Of a stretch of DNA of 64,000 nucleotides, positions 46,195-56,056 are shown one piece after another. How positions within the stretch are numbered: the stretch's first letter is position 1; the number at the start of each line of letters is the position of its first letter. Source of the DNA: an uncultured Planctomycetia bacterium (GTDB taxonomy: Bacteria > Omnitrophota > Gorgyraeia > Tantalellales > Tantalellaceae); the NCBI GenBank assembly GCA_964572255.1, contig CAZNEE010000004.1:26344-90343 (forward strand), written 5' to 3'. The position numbers and the translations under genes are program-made. The notes under the pieces are model-generated. The model made no database searches. It was not told the DNA's origin and was given only the letters and a program-made list of their open reading frames with translations.

Positions 46195-47115
46195 ATGGAT
46201 ATAAAAGGGCTGAATTACCTTGTTACACTGCCTTTGGAAGAACTTATACGGGAGGCGAACAGGGTGCGCCGCGAGTGCCTGGGCGACAGAATAGAGCTTT
46301 GCGGCATCGTAAACGCAAAATCCGGCGCATGCAGCGAGGACTGCAAATTTTGCGCCCAATCATCCCGCCATTTAGCGGATATAAATTCATATCCTCTTAT
46401 AACCCCCGAAGAAATTTATCAAGAAGCAGTCAGGGCAAAAATGAACGGCGCCATGCGGCTCGGAATAGTCACCAGCGGCAACTCTCTTACAGCGGAAGAG
46501 ATAGGAATATTAGCCGAGGCTATAAGAAAAATAGGAAAGGACATTGATATCGATCTTTGCGCTTCACTCGGGGCGCTTGAAAAAGGATCCTTCCAGGTTC
46601 TTAAGGACGCCGGCTTATCGCGGTATCATCATAATATCGAAACATCCGGGAGGCATTATCCCGAGATAGTATCTACGCACGATCACGAGGAAAGGATCAA
46701 CACGATAAAAACGGCAAAAAGTATGGGGTTCGAAGTCTGTTCAGGCGGCATTATAGGCATGGGGGAAACTTGGCAGGACCGCATTGACATGGCTGTTACT
46801 TTAAAAGAACTTGATGTGGATTCGGTCCCGCTTAACATGCTTGTTCCGATAGAGGGCACGCCTTTAGGAAAAATAGAAACTATATCCCCTGCGGATGCGA
46901 TAAGAACTATCGCGATCTTTCGCCTGATACTAAGGGATAAAACCATAAAAGTAGCTGCGGGACGGGAGTCCGTCCTTCAAGATCATCAGGACATGATATA
47001 TGCCGCGGGAGCTAACGGCATGATGATAGGAGGGTATCTTACCATTGCGGGGAGAGCCGTTTCTGAAGACCTTGCGCTGGTGGAAGAGGTCCGAAATACA
47101 TGGAAAAACGAATAG
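46195..47115 (+). CDS. bioB: Biotin synthase
   Basis: The radical SAM motif CSEDCKFCAQS is present, as are BioB-specific downstream motifs. It is the first gene of the bio operon. Confidence 0.9.
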   Translation: MDIKGLNYLVTLPLEELIREANRVRRECLGDRIELCGIVNAKSGACSEDCKFCAQSSRHLADINSYPLITPEEIYQEAVRAKMNGAMRLGIVTSGNSLTAEEIGILAEAIRKIGKDIDIDLCASLGALEKGSFQVLKDAGLSRYHHNIETSGRHYPEIVSTHDHEERINTIKTAKSMGFEVCSGGIIGMGETWQDRIDMAVTLKELDVDSVPLNMLVPIEGTPLGKIETISPADAIRTIAIFRLILRDKTIKVAAGRESVLQDHQDMIYAAGANGMMIGGYLTIAGRAVSEDLALVEEVRNTWKNE

Positions 47116-48995
47116 AAGATTTTCTTAAAAAGAGAAAAGATAGCGGAGCTTTAAGGGAGCTTACGCAGATGTCTGCTTCAAAAAACGGAAAAATAGAAAT
47201 TGGAGGCAGGGAATATATAAACTTTTCGTCCAATGATTATCTGTCTTTGGCAGCACATCCTGACATTGTAAGCGCCGCGAAAAACGGGCTTAAAGACGCA
47301 GTGGGATCATCCTCCTCACGGCTCATGACAGGAAGCTTCCGGTTGCATCATTTGCTTGAGAAAAGAATTGCCGATCTTAAAAATAAACCTGCCGCACTGG
47401 TTTTTAATTCCGGGTATCAGGCAAATGTCGGGATAATAAGCGCTCTTTTCGGTAAGGGGGATGTTATATTTTCCGATAGGCTCAATCACGCGAGCATCGT
47501 AGACGGTATTCTTTTGTCCGGGGCTAAGCTTTTCAGGTTTCAGCATAACGATCCGGATCATTTAGAAGAGCTTCTTAAGAAGGAGAGGAGGAATTTTAAG
47601 GACGCTCTTATAGTGACAGAGACGCTCTTTAGCATGGATGGAGATAAGGCTCCGCTTAAAAAATTTGTGCAGCTTAAAAGAGAGCATGACTCTTTGCTTA
47701 TGGTAGATGAAGCTCATGCAACAGGGATCTTCGGGGAAAAGGGCGCCGGAATGGTTGAAGAGGCGGGCGTTTCCGAAGATGTTGATATCATAATGGGGAC
47801 TTTCAGCAAAGCTCTCGGCAGTTTCGGGGCGTATGCAGCTGTGTCCCGGAAAATAAAGGATTATCTGATCAATACTTGCCGCAGTTTTATCTATTCAACG
47901 GCTTTACCACAGTCTATTATCGCGGCAAATCTGGCCGCTATAGATATAATTGAAAGGGAGGCCTTCCGCCGTGATAAACTCCTTGAAAAAGCGGAATATT
48001 TCCGCGGCAGGCTAAAAGAGAAGGGGGTAAGAGCCGGAGGCGATTCTCAGATCGTTCCGATAATTATAGGCGACGCGCAGGAAACGGTAAGGATAAGCGA
48101 TGAGCTGAAGAAAAAATCTTTTTGGACAACACCGGTGCGTCCTCCGACAGTCCCGGAAGGGGGATCAAGACTGAGGATCTCACTTTCCTACGGACATTCC
48201 AGGGAAGATTTAGATAAGTTTGTTGAGAGCATTTCAGAAGTTATGGGATCAAAAAATAAAATAGAGACGGCCGTCCATTGCCGGCCGCCGGCCACCGGTT
48301 TTAAATATGTGAATAGACAGAAGGAGGACTTAGCCGTTCTCATTCCCGGCTGGGCAACAGATGGGCATATCTTCGGGCCCCTGGATCTGGGATACGATTA
48401 TCTTATCCCGGAAGAAATGCTGACCGAGGATTTTCATGAAGCATTATACGGTCATCTGAAGAAATCGGGCAGAAAGACGACCTTGATAGGCTGGTCCATG
48501 GGAGGACATCTTGCCGCGCATTTTATGGCGAGATATCCGGATGCGGTCGAGAGAACTGTTTTAATAAGCGTGAAAGAGAAATACTCCAAAAGTGATATTG
48601 ACTTGATCAAAGGCTATTTGATGCGGAACAAAAATGCCTATTTGACGAGTTTTTATAAAAAATGTTTTGAAGGGCAGTCGTTTTCCGAAAAAGAATGGTT
48701 TGAAGATAATCTTTTAGACGCTTATTTGAAGAAAACAGATCTAGACTTACTGATCTCGCAGTTGGATTTTTTGCAAAACAATCCTTTCCCCATTGAAGAA
48801 CTGAGATCACATGAAAATAAATTGGTGTTTGTTCACGGCAGAAATGATGCGATCGTCAGTTGCCAGAACGCGTCGAGCCTTGCCCGGAATTTCACCAAAG
48901 CATCTTTTGCGCTTATTGATAAAACGGGTCATGTTCCATTTTTACATTCCAGGTTCAAAGAGATCATGGAGGATGAGATATGTATAAAGACATGA
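47100..48995 (+). CDS. bioF: Fusion protein: 8-amino-7-oxononanoate synthase (BioF) N-terminal about 390 aa, plus a BioH-like alpha/beta-hydrolase pimeloyl-ACP methyl ester esterase C-terminal about 240 aa
   Basis: The BioF PLP lysine motif GTFSKALGSFG is present. The C-terminal part has an esterase nucleophile GWSMGG and a catalytic His region GHVPF. Confidence 0.8.
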   Translation: MEKRIEDFLKKRKDSGALRELTQMSASKNGKIEIGGREYINFSSNDYLSLAAHPDIVSAAKNGLKDAVGSSSSRLMTGSFRLHHLLEKRIADLKNKPAALVFNSGYQANVGIISALFGKGDVIFSDRLNHASIVDGILLSGAKLFRFQHNDPDHLEELLKKERRNFKDALIVTETLFSMDGDKAPLKKFVQLKREHDSLLMVDEAHATGIFGEKGAGMVEEAGVSEDVDIIMGTFSKALGSFGAYAAVSRKIKDYLINTCRSFIYSTALPQSIIAANLAAIDIIEREAFRRDKLLEKAEYFRGRLKEKGVRAGGDSQIVPIIIGDAQETVRISDELKKKSFWTTPVRPPTVPEGGSRLRISLSYGHSREDLDKFVESISEVMGSKNKIETAVHCRPPATGFKYVNRQKEDLAVLIPGWATDGHIFGPLDLGYDYLIPEEMLTEDFHEALYGHLKKSGRKTTLIGWSMGGHLAAHFMARYPDAVERTVLISVKEKYSKSDIDLIKGYLMRNKNAYLTSFYKKCFEGQSFSEKEWFEDNLLDAYLKKTDLDLLISQLDFLQNNPFPIEELRSHENKLVFVHGRNDAIVSCQNASSLARNFTKASFALIDKTGHVPFLHSRFKEIMEDEICIKT

Positions 48996-49753
48996 TAAAA
49001 CGGAATTTTTCACGCAGCGCCGGTACTTATGATGACCACGCGCTTATCCAGAAGGAATGCGCTCTAAATGTTGTAGGCTCCATAAAAGCAAAAGATTTCT
49101 CAAAAATACTGGAGATAGGCTGCGGAACGGGAATGCTTACCAGACTATTAAGAGATACGTATAAGAAAGCCGAGATAATCGCTGTAGACATATCAGAATC
49201 CATGATAGAGACCGCAAGCAAGAAGGTCCCCGATAAAAAAACGAAATTTCTGGTTGCCGACGGCGAACACATTTTGATGGACAACAATGTCGATCTCATA
49301 ACATCCAACGCGACTTTTCAGTGGTTTGAAGATCTTGATTCCACGTTCGAAAGGTTTAACAAAATGCTGAAGAAAGGCGGCATGCTGTGTTTTTCCATGT
49401 ACGGGCCGAACACGTTTACGGAACTTGAGGAGGTGCTGAGCAAGAATGTCGGCAAGACCCATATATTAAGTTCGCGAAAATTCATAACTCCGGAACGTTT
49501 GCTGAAGACCCTGGAAAAACATTTTGAAAAATTCGAAGTAAGCGAAAAATATTATACGATGGATTTCATATCATTATGGGATCTCCTGAAGGATATCAAG
49601 AGGACAGGGTCCCGCGGCGAGGGACTCGGTAATGATGTATTTTTAGGAAAACACATGATATTAGCGCTTGAGAGGGATTATCTGGCAAAATACGGCACGA
49701 TTCTGGCGACGCATCATGTGTATTTCTGCAAAGCGCAGGCTAAAAAGGGTTAA
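48980..49753 (+). CDS. bioC: Malonyl-ACP O-methyltransferase
   Basis: FSRSAGTYDDHALIQKE and the ILEIGCGTG SAM motif are present. It overlaps the fusion gene. Confidence 0.85.
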   Translation: MYKDMIKRNFSRSAGTYDDHALIQKECALNVVGSIKAKDFSKILEIGCGTGMLTRLLRDTYKKAEIIAVDISESMIETASKKVPDKKTKFLVADGEHILMDNNVDLITSNATFQWFEDLDSTFERFNKMLKKGGMLCFSMYGPNTFTELEEVLSKNVGKTHILSSRKFITPERLLKTLEKHFEKFEVSEKYYTMDFISLWDLLKDIKRTGSRGEGLGNDVFLGKHMILALERDYLAKYGTILATHHVYFCKAQAKKG

Positions 49754-49759
49754 CACAAT

Positions 49760-50464
49760 ATGAATGATTCCCTCTTTATAACAGGAACTGATACCGGGGT
49801 CGGCAAAACACTCATCACGGGGTTTCTGGGGCGGTTTTTGACAGAGAACGGCATGAACGTTATTTCGCAGAAATGGGTGCAGACCGGATGCGCGGGAGTC
49901 TCAGAGGATATAAACACCCATTTAAAACTGATGGGCAAAACAATAGAGGATGTCCAAAATTATCTTCCCGAGATCTCTCCATACGTTCTGGAATATCCGT
50001 CATCGCCGCACCTTGCGGCGGAACTGGAAAAAGTGCAGATAGAAGAAGGCCTCATAGAGGAAAGTTTCCTGCGCCTGGCGCGGGATTTTGATGTTGTTCT
50101 TGTGGAGGGAGTCGGCGGGGTACTGGTTCCCGTGAACAGAAAGGCTTTAATGATCGATATCGCAAAAGCGCTTGACCTCCCGGTTCTGGTAGTTGCTGAA
50201 AACCGGCTTGGAGCGATAAATCAAACGATGATGACGATCGATGTATTAAGGGTGAGGGGCCTGCATATTCTGGGTATCGTCTTTAACCAGGTTTCCGGGG
50301 GTGAAGACGAGATCATATTAAAGGATAATCCCAAAATCGTTCAAAAACTCACGGGCATAGAAGTTTTAGGTGAACTTCCATATAGCAAAGATACAGATGC
50401 CCTTTACGGCGAATTTCCCAAAACAGCCCATAAAATATTCGGCAGGATCAAACTGAAGGCGTAA
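49760..50464 (+). CDS. bioD: Dethiobiotin synthetase
   Basis: The ITGTDTGVGKT P-loop is present. Confidence 0.9.
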   Translation: MNDSLFITGTDTGVGKTLITGFLGRFLTENGMNVISQKWVQTGCAGVSEDINTHLKLMGKTIEDVQNYLPEISPYVLEYPSSPHLAAELEKVQIEEGLIEESFLRLARDFDVVLVEGVGGVLVPVNRKALMIDIAKALDLPVLVVAENRLGAINQTMMTIDVLRVRGLHILGIVFNQVSGGEDEIILKDNPKIVQKLTGIEVLGELPYSKDTDALYGEFPKTAHKIFGRIKLKA

Positions 50465-51843
50465 TGAACTATAACTTGCCCATGAGAGATGAATTAATAA
50501 AAAAAGATCTTCAGTATAACTGGCATCCTTATACGCAAATGAAGGATTGCGAGGCCATGCCTCCGATACCCATCGCGTGGGCGGAAGGGGTAAAGCTTTA
50601 CGATTATGACGGGAATTTTTATTACGATACGATATCCAGTTGGTGGTGCAATGTTCACGGGCATAACCATCCGCATATAAAGAACGTCATACGGGGACAG
50701 CTGGAACTTCTTGAACATGTTCTTTTTGCCGGATTTACCCATGAACCGGCAGTTGAACTTTCAAAAAAACTGATCGAGATAGCTCCTTCAAATCTTGCCA
50801 GGGTATTTTACTCGGATGACGGGTCAACTGCCGTTGAAACCGCCATGAAGATGTCCTTTCAGTACTGGCATAATATCGGAAAAAGAGAGAAGACTCGCTT
50901 CTTGTCGCTTGACTTGGCATACCATGGCGATACTATCGGAACGATGAGTATAAGCGGTGTGGATCTTTTTAATAAAAAGTTCAAACCGCTTCTTTTTGAT
51001 TCATATAAAGCTCCGACGCCGTATTGTTACCGCTGTCCATTGGGCAAGGATCGGGGAAGCTGTTCGGTCGAATGTTTATCTGAGATGGAGAGAGTGCTGG
51101 AAGAGCATTCGCATGAGATCTCGGCCATTGTCATCGAACCGATCCTTATGGGCGCCGCAGGCATGATAATCTATCCGGTCGAATATTTAAGGGGCGTGGG
51201 TGATCTTGCCGGAAAATATAATGTTCACCTCATTGCGGACGAAGTAGCAGCGGGTTTCGGCAGGACAGGAAAGATGTTCGCGTGTGAACATGCCGATGTG
51301 CGGCCGGATTTCATGTGTCTTTCTAAGGGCATCACTTCCGGGTATCTGCCATTGGGGGCAACTCTCACAACCGAAGAAATATACGACGCTTTTTACGGGG
51401 ATCATTCAGAATTCAAGACCTTCTATCATGGGCATACCTATACAGCAAACCCCATTGCGTGTTCTGCGGCTATAGCGAGTATCGATATATTCAAAAAAGA
51501 AGGGACTTTGGACAGGGTTGAAGGAATAAATGAAAAACTAAGGTCATTTTTGGATAAAATGTCCGGCCTTCCGATTGTCGGCGACGTGAGATCGACAGGC
51601 GCAGTCGGCGCGATGGAACTTGTTAAGAACAAAGAAACAAAAGAACCCTTCGGCATAAACGAGAGGATAGGTCTGGATATATATAAGAGGGGACTCGAGG
51701 AGAAGCTTCTTCTAAGGCCGCTTGGGAACGTGATCTATTTATTTTTGCCGCTGTGCGTAAAAGATCCTGAGCTTGATGATATCCTCGGTCGAGCCTTTAG
51801 AGTTTTAGATCATGCGGCAGCTTGCCAAATGAGCAATATTTAA
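50464..51843 (+). CDS. bioA: Adenosylmethionine-8-amino-7-oxononanoate aminotransferase
   Basis: A class III aminotransferase with BioA-type motifs WHPYTQM and LIADEVAAGFGRTG. It shares one base with the bioD stop codon. Confidence 0.9.
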   Translation: MNYNLPMRDELIKKDLQYNWHPYTQMKDCEAMPPIPIAWAEGVKLYDYDGNFYYDTISSWWCNVHGHNHPHIKNVIRGQLELLEHVLFAGFTHEPAVELSKKLIEIAPSNLARVFYSDDGSTAVETAMKMSFQYWHNIGKREKTRFLSLDLAYHGDTIGTMSISGVDLFNKKFKPLLFDSYKAPTPYCYRCPLGKDRGSCSVECLSEMERVLEEHSHEISAIVIEPILMGAAGMIIYPVEYLRGVGDLAGKYNVHLIADEVAAGFGRTGKMFACEHADVRPDFMCLSKGITSGYLPLGATLTTEEIYDAFYGDHSEFKTFYHGHTYTANPIACSAAIASIDIFKKEGTLDRVEGINEKLRSFLDKMSGLPIVGDVRSTGAVGAMELVKNKETKEPFGINERIGLDIYKRGLEEKLLLRPLGNVIYLFLPLCVKDPELDDILGRAFRVLDHAAACQMSNI

Positions 51844-51905
51844 TGTTCCCAATTCCGGGATTTTCCTGTAAAATGATCCAGGATATATTCTAAACGGAGG
51901 TTGAT

Positions 51906-52472
51906 ATGAGCATCAGATCGGGTAAAGGTGATAAAGGGTTCACTTCATTTTTATCTCAGGGACATATAAGTAAAGACAGCGATGTCATTAAAGCGATAGG
52001 CGACCTGGACGAGCTTAACGGGCATCTGGGGCTGGTTAAATGCAGGACAATATCAAGAAAGAATAAAGAGATACTCGAGAAGATCCAGCGTACGCTTCAT
52101 GTTATTACTTCCGAGATCGCGGTGGGCGCTCCAAAAAGAAAAAAGATGGGGCTGTTGCTTAAAAAGGAAGATGCCGATTGGATAGAAGGCGCTATAGGCG
52201 AACTTGAGGGAGCCGCTGAAATAGAGAGCCGTTTTTCTCTCCCCGGAGAGAACGAAACTTATGCTTTTTATGATATCGCAAGGGCCGTGGCCAGGAGAGC
52301 GGAACGGAATATTGTCGGTCTTTTCAGAGGAGGCAAACTGGAGAATGATCACATCCTCACCTTTTTAAACTGTATATCCGATATATTGTTTATTATGCCG
52401 AGGACCAAGGTGCAGAAAAAACATGTCAGAAAAACTAAAAAAAGGAAAAAAAGATCAAAACGCAAAGGATAG
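51906..52472 (+). CDS. PduO-type ATP:cob(I)alamin adenosyltransferase
   Basis: GKGDKGFTSFLSQGHISKDSDVIKAIGDLDELN is the PduO/MMAB N-terminus. It has an unusual C-terminal polybasic tail KKHVRKTKKRKKRSKRKG. Confidence 0.85.
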   Translation: MSIRSGKGDKGFTSFLSQGHISKDSDVIKAIGDLDELNGHLGLVKCRTISRKNKEILEKIQRTLHVITSEIAVGAPKRKKMGLLLKKEDADWIEGAIGELEGAAEIESRFSLPGENETYAFYDIARAVARRAERNIVGLFRGGKLENDHILTFLNCISDILFIMPRTKVQKKHVRKTKKRKKRSKRKG

Positions 52473-52506
52473 GGTGTCCCCGAGTGGGGCGTCCCCAAAG
52501 GGAGAC

Positions 52507-53913
52507 ATGGATAAAAAATATGATTATGTGGTTATAGGAAGCGGGCCGGCCGGGCATGTTTCGGCAATACGCGCGGCTCAGTTGGGGCTAAAGGTCGCTG
52601 TTGTCGAAAAAAATGAGAGTATGTTCGGCGGAGTATGTCTTAACGAGGGATGTATCCCGGCAAAATCGCTTTTTAACAGCGCGAAGATAATATGCTACAC
52701 AAATAAAAGTACTGAAGTATGCGGGCTTGAAGGAGAGTGTAAAAATTATCCCGACCTGAATAAGATCGTCGCCAAAAGCCGGGAGGCCGCCGAGACGCTG
52801 AAAAAGGGGCTTTCGTTCCTCTTCAAGAAAAACAATATCGATCTTATCCTGGGCAAAGGCAGTTTTATTGACAGTACGACCTTGCAGATCACTCAAGGCG
52901 AGAAAGAAACTGGCAAGCTCAAAGCGGATAAATTTTTGATCGCAACGGGTTCACGTCCGCGTAAGATCCCGGGAATATCTTTCGGAGGAAGTGTTATATC
53001 AAGCTCCAAGGCCATATGCCTGGAGAAATTACCGGAAAAAGTTGTCATTGTCGGAGGCGGAGCGATAGGAGTGGAATTCGCTTCTTTTTACAGTATCCTG
53101 GGGGCTGAAGTTGTTATCGTTGAGATGGAGAGCCACCTGCTCCCGAAAGAAGACAGGGAGATAGCTAAAAACCTCCAATCAATTTTCAGAAGAAGGGGCG
53201 TAACCGTGCACACTGCCAGTTCCGTCGAAGAGATCATCCAGGAACACGGGTCAACCGATGTTATAATTAAAACGCCTGACGGGGAGTTGACAGAAAAGTG
53301 CGATACCGTGCTTGTATGTATCGGGCGTATTCCGCTGACTTCCAATATCGGCTTAGAGAAGATAGGGGTCGAAACTGATAAAAAAGGTTTCATCAAAGTG
53401 GATCCCGAGATGAGGACCACTGTCAGTAATATTTATGCCGCGGGGGATATTATTCCCACGACAATGGTCGCGCATGCCGCGTCGGCTGAGGGTGAGATCG
53501 CCGCTGAAATTGCGGCAGGCAAAAAGCCCGAACCGATAGATTATTCGTGTATGCCTATGGTTACATACTCCGATGTGCAGGTCGCAAGTGTGGGCCTGAC
53601 AGAACACGCTGCTAACGAAAAGGGATTGCATTATAAGGTCGGTAAACAGTTTTTTCTTGCCAACGGCATGGCAGTCGTGACTTCCAGAACAGAGGGCCTG
53701 ATAAAAATCATCGCCGATAAAACGACTCATAAACTACTGGGCGTGCATATCGCGGGGTATCAGGCAGCCGAGCTTATTCACGAATTTAATGTTGCGAAAA
53801 GAGCGGGGCTGACAGTTGAAGATATCGAAAAGACGGTTCATGCGCATCCGACATTCTCTGAGGCAGCCGTAGATGCCTGCAAGGCAGTATTTGGAAGCCC
53901 GATCCACGGATAA
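52507..53913 (+). CDS. lpd: Dihydrolipoyl dehydrogenase
   Basis: The FAD motif YDYVVIGSGPAG and the redox-active disulfide GGVCLNEGCIPAK are present. AAAGGGAGAC lies before the ATG at 52507; the ORF track starts at 52423, which overlaps the PduO gene. Confidence 0.9.
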   Translation: MDKKYDYVVIGSGPAGHVSAIRAAQLGLKVAVVEKNESMFGGVCLNEGCIPAKSLFNSAKIICYTNKSTEVCGLEGECKNYPDLNKIVAKSREAAETLKKGLSFLFKKNNIDLILGKGSFIDSTTLQITQGEKETGKLKADKFLIATGSRPRKIPGISFGGSVISSSKAICLEKLPEKVVIVGGGAIGVEFASFYSILGAEVVIVEMESHLLPKEDREIAKNLQSIFRRRGVTVHTASSVEEIIQEHGSTDVIIKTPDGELTEKCDTVLVCIGRIPLTSNIGLEKIGVETDKKGFIKVDPEMRTTVSNIYAAGDIIPTTMVAHAASAEGEIAAEIAAGKKPEPIDYSCMPMVTYSDVQVASVGLTEHAANEKGLHYKVGKQFFLANGMAVVTSRTEGLIKIIADKTTHKLLGVHIAGYQAAELIHEFNVAKRAGLTVEDIEKTVHAHPTFSEAAVDACKAVFGSPIHG

Positions 53914-53986
53914 GATAGTCTTTATTTTAAATCTTGCCACTATACATTGATAATAGTATTATATATTTTATAGGAGCAATAAACAT

Positions 53987-55021
53987 ATGGAAATAATTAC
54001 AATCTTCCTTTTATCTATTCTGATCGTTCTTGTAGCTTTTCTTGCATGGAAAACCCGCTCATCTGATGACGGCAAAGAACGTATCGAATCTGTTCTTAAC
54101 GATAAGTTTATCAACTTTTCCGAAAAAATACACAGCACCATGGATAGCACCCGCAAAGAGGTCGAGCAGTCTAAAGATGTTCTTTCGCAGAATGCCCTTA
54201 AGACGTTAGAGCATATCGCCAAGATGAGTAATACCGTAAGCGATCTTGTGCAGCAGCAGGAGAAAGCGCAGCAGCTCGGACAATCGCTGGAATATTTGCT
54301 GCAGGCGCCTAAACTCAGGGGGAGCTACGGCGAGACTGTCCTTGAAGAGATGCTCCAACGCGTTTTACCTAAAGGAATATGGGAAAAACAATATTCAATA
54401 GACGGAAGAGAAAAGGTCGATGCGGTTGTTAAATATAAAGATATCGTGATACCGATCGATGCTAAATTCCCGAAAGAAGATTACCAGAAATATACTTCAA
54501 GCACGGATCCTCAGGAGAAAAGCGCACATTGGTCTAATTATGAAAAAGCGCTTAAACTGCAGATAAATTCTATAAAAGAAAAATATGTTAAACCTGAAAA
54601 GGGCACAACGGAGTTTGCGCTTCTTTTTATCCCGTCAGAAGCGATCTACTATGAGACCATCGCCGAGAAAAATTCTCTCGGAGAACCGTGCCAGATATAC
54701 GAGTATGCCACCAGCCGCAAAGTTGTCCCGGTAAGCCCCAACACATTCTACGCATTTTTAGAGGTGATCATAATGGGCGTTCGGAATATAGATATCGCCC
54801 GGGAAGCGAAAAAACTTCAGGAATCCCTGTCAAAACTAGAGAAAGATTTCGGCCTCTTTTATAATAATTTTGAACTTATCGGCAGGGCCCTGGATAAAGC
54901 TTCCAAAGCCTATTCGACAGGGGACACTCAGGTCCAAAGATTCAAAAAAAATCTGGATTCAACTATAAAGCTCGATCAAGGCCTTCAGGAAGAAGTAAAA
55001 GGGGAAATAACCGCGGAATAA
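53987..55021 (+). CDS. rmuC: DNA recombination protein RmuC
   Basis: It has an N-terminal TM segment, a coiled-coil region and the RmuC C-terminal domain. Confidence 0.75.
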   Translation: MEIITIFLLSILIVLVAFLAWKTRSSDDGKERIESVLNDKFINFSEKIHSTMDSTRKEVEQSKDVLSQNALKTLEHIAKMSNTVSDLVQQQEKAQQLGQSLEYLLQAPKLRGSYGETVLEEMLQRVLPKGIWEKQYSIDGREKVDAVVKYKDIVIPIDAKFPKEDYQKYTSSTDPQEKSAHWSNYEKALKLQINSIKEKYVKPEKGTTEFALLFIPSEAIYYETIAEKNSLGEPCQIYEYATSRKVVPVSPNTFYAFLEVIIMGVRNIDIAREAKKLQESLSKLEKDFGLFYNNFELIGRALDKASKAYSTGDTQVQRFKKNLDSTIKLDQGLQEEVKGEITAE

Positions 55022-55045
55022 TTCTCAACATTTCCGGAGTTATCT

Positions 55046-56056
55046 ATGCGCAAAAAAGCGTTTTTATGGGAAAAGCTGGAAGATAAGAAGGTGCATTGCT
55101 ATCTTTGCGCTCATCATTGCAGGATAGCTGAAGAAAAGTTCGGGTTTTGCGGGATGAGGCAGAATATCGGCGGAGAGCTATACACCCATGCTTACGGGGT
55201 GGTTATAGCGAACCATGTCGATCCCATCGAAAAGAAGCCGCTTTACCATTTCCTGCCGGGAACATATGCTTATTCCATAGCGACGATCGGGTGCAATTTT
55301 CATTGCGGGTTTTGCCAGAACTGGACTATTTCCCAGGTTTCGGTCAAGGAAGGCGATATGGGCGGTTATGAATTGAAGCCTGAGGAAGTGGTGCGCGAGG
55401 CGCTCAAAAATGACTGCAGGAGCATTTCATATACTTACACGGAACCCACAGTATTTTTTGAATATGCCTATGATACCGCCAAAATCGCAAAAGAAAATGG
55501 TCTGGCCAATACTTTCGTGACCAACGGCTACATGACAAAAGAAGCAATAGACGAAATAAGACCGTATCTTGATGCCGCGAACATCGATCTTAAATCTTTC
55601 AGGGACGAGTTTTATAGGGAGATCTGCAAAGCCACCCTGCAGCCGGTGCTGGACTCGATAAAATACATGAAAGAAGTCGGGATATGGGTCGAGGTCACGA
55701 CGCTGGTCATTCCCGGCAGTAACGATTCGGAAGAAGAGCTGAACGATATAGCTGAGTTCATAGCGAAGACAGGAACCGATATCCCCTGGCACATAACACG
55801 ATTCCATCCGGATTATAAATGGACCGATAACGTGCCGACACCGATGGAAACGCTCCGAAAAGCAAGCCGGATAGGCAAAAAGAACGGTCTTAAATATGTA
55901 TATCTGGGGAATGTTTTTGCGGAAGGCGACACGCTTTGCCCGGATTGCGGGACCCCGTTAGTAAACAGGAGCGGTTTCAGCGCGGCATTATCCGATGAGT
56001 TGAAAGACGGGAAATGCGCGAAATGCGGAGCCATAATTGAAGGAGTGTGGAAGTGA
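55046..56056 (+). CDS. AmmeMemoRadiSam system radical SAM enzyme
   Basis: The CxxxCxxC radical SAM motif IGCNFHCGFCQNW is present, the C-terminus has CPDCG...CAKCG, and the full-length architecture fits this family. Confidence 0.85.
   Translation: MRKKAFLWEKLEDKKVHCYLCAHHCRIAEEKFGFCGMRQNIGGELYTHAYGVVIANHVDPIEKKPLYHFLPGTYAYSIATIGCNFHCGFCQNWTISQVSVKEGDMGGYELKPEEVVREALKNDCRSISYTYTEPTVFFEYAYDTAKIAKENGLANTFVTNGYMTKEAIDEIRPYLDAANIDLKSFRDEFYREICKATLQPVLDSIKYMKEVGIWVEVTTLVIPGSNDSEEELNDIAEFIAKTGTDIPWHITRFHPDYKWTDNVPTPMETLRKASRIGKKNGLKYVYLGNVFAEGDTLCPDCGTPLVNRSGFSAALSDELKDGKCAKCGAIIEGVWK

Noticed and set aside
52423-52506. Long N-terminal extension of lpd (MSEKLKKGKKDQNAKDRVSPSGASPKGD)
   Set aside because: It overlaps the PduO gene end. 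The Rossmann FAD motif begins right after the internal ATG at 52507, which has a good RBS.
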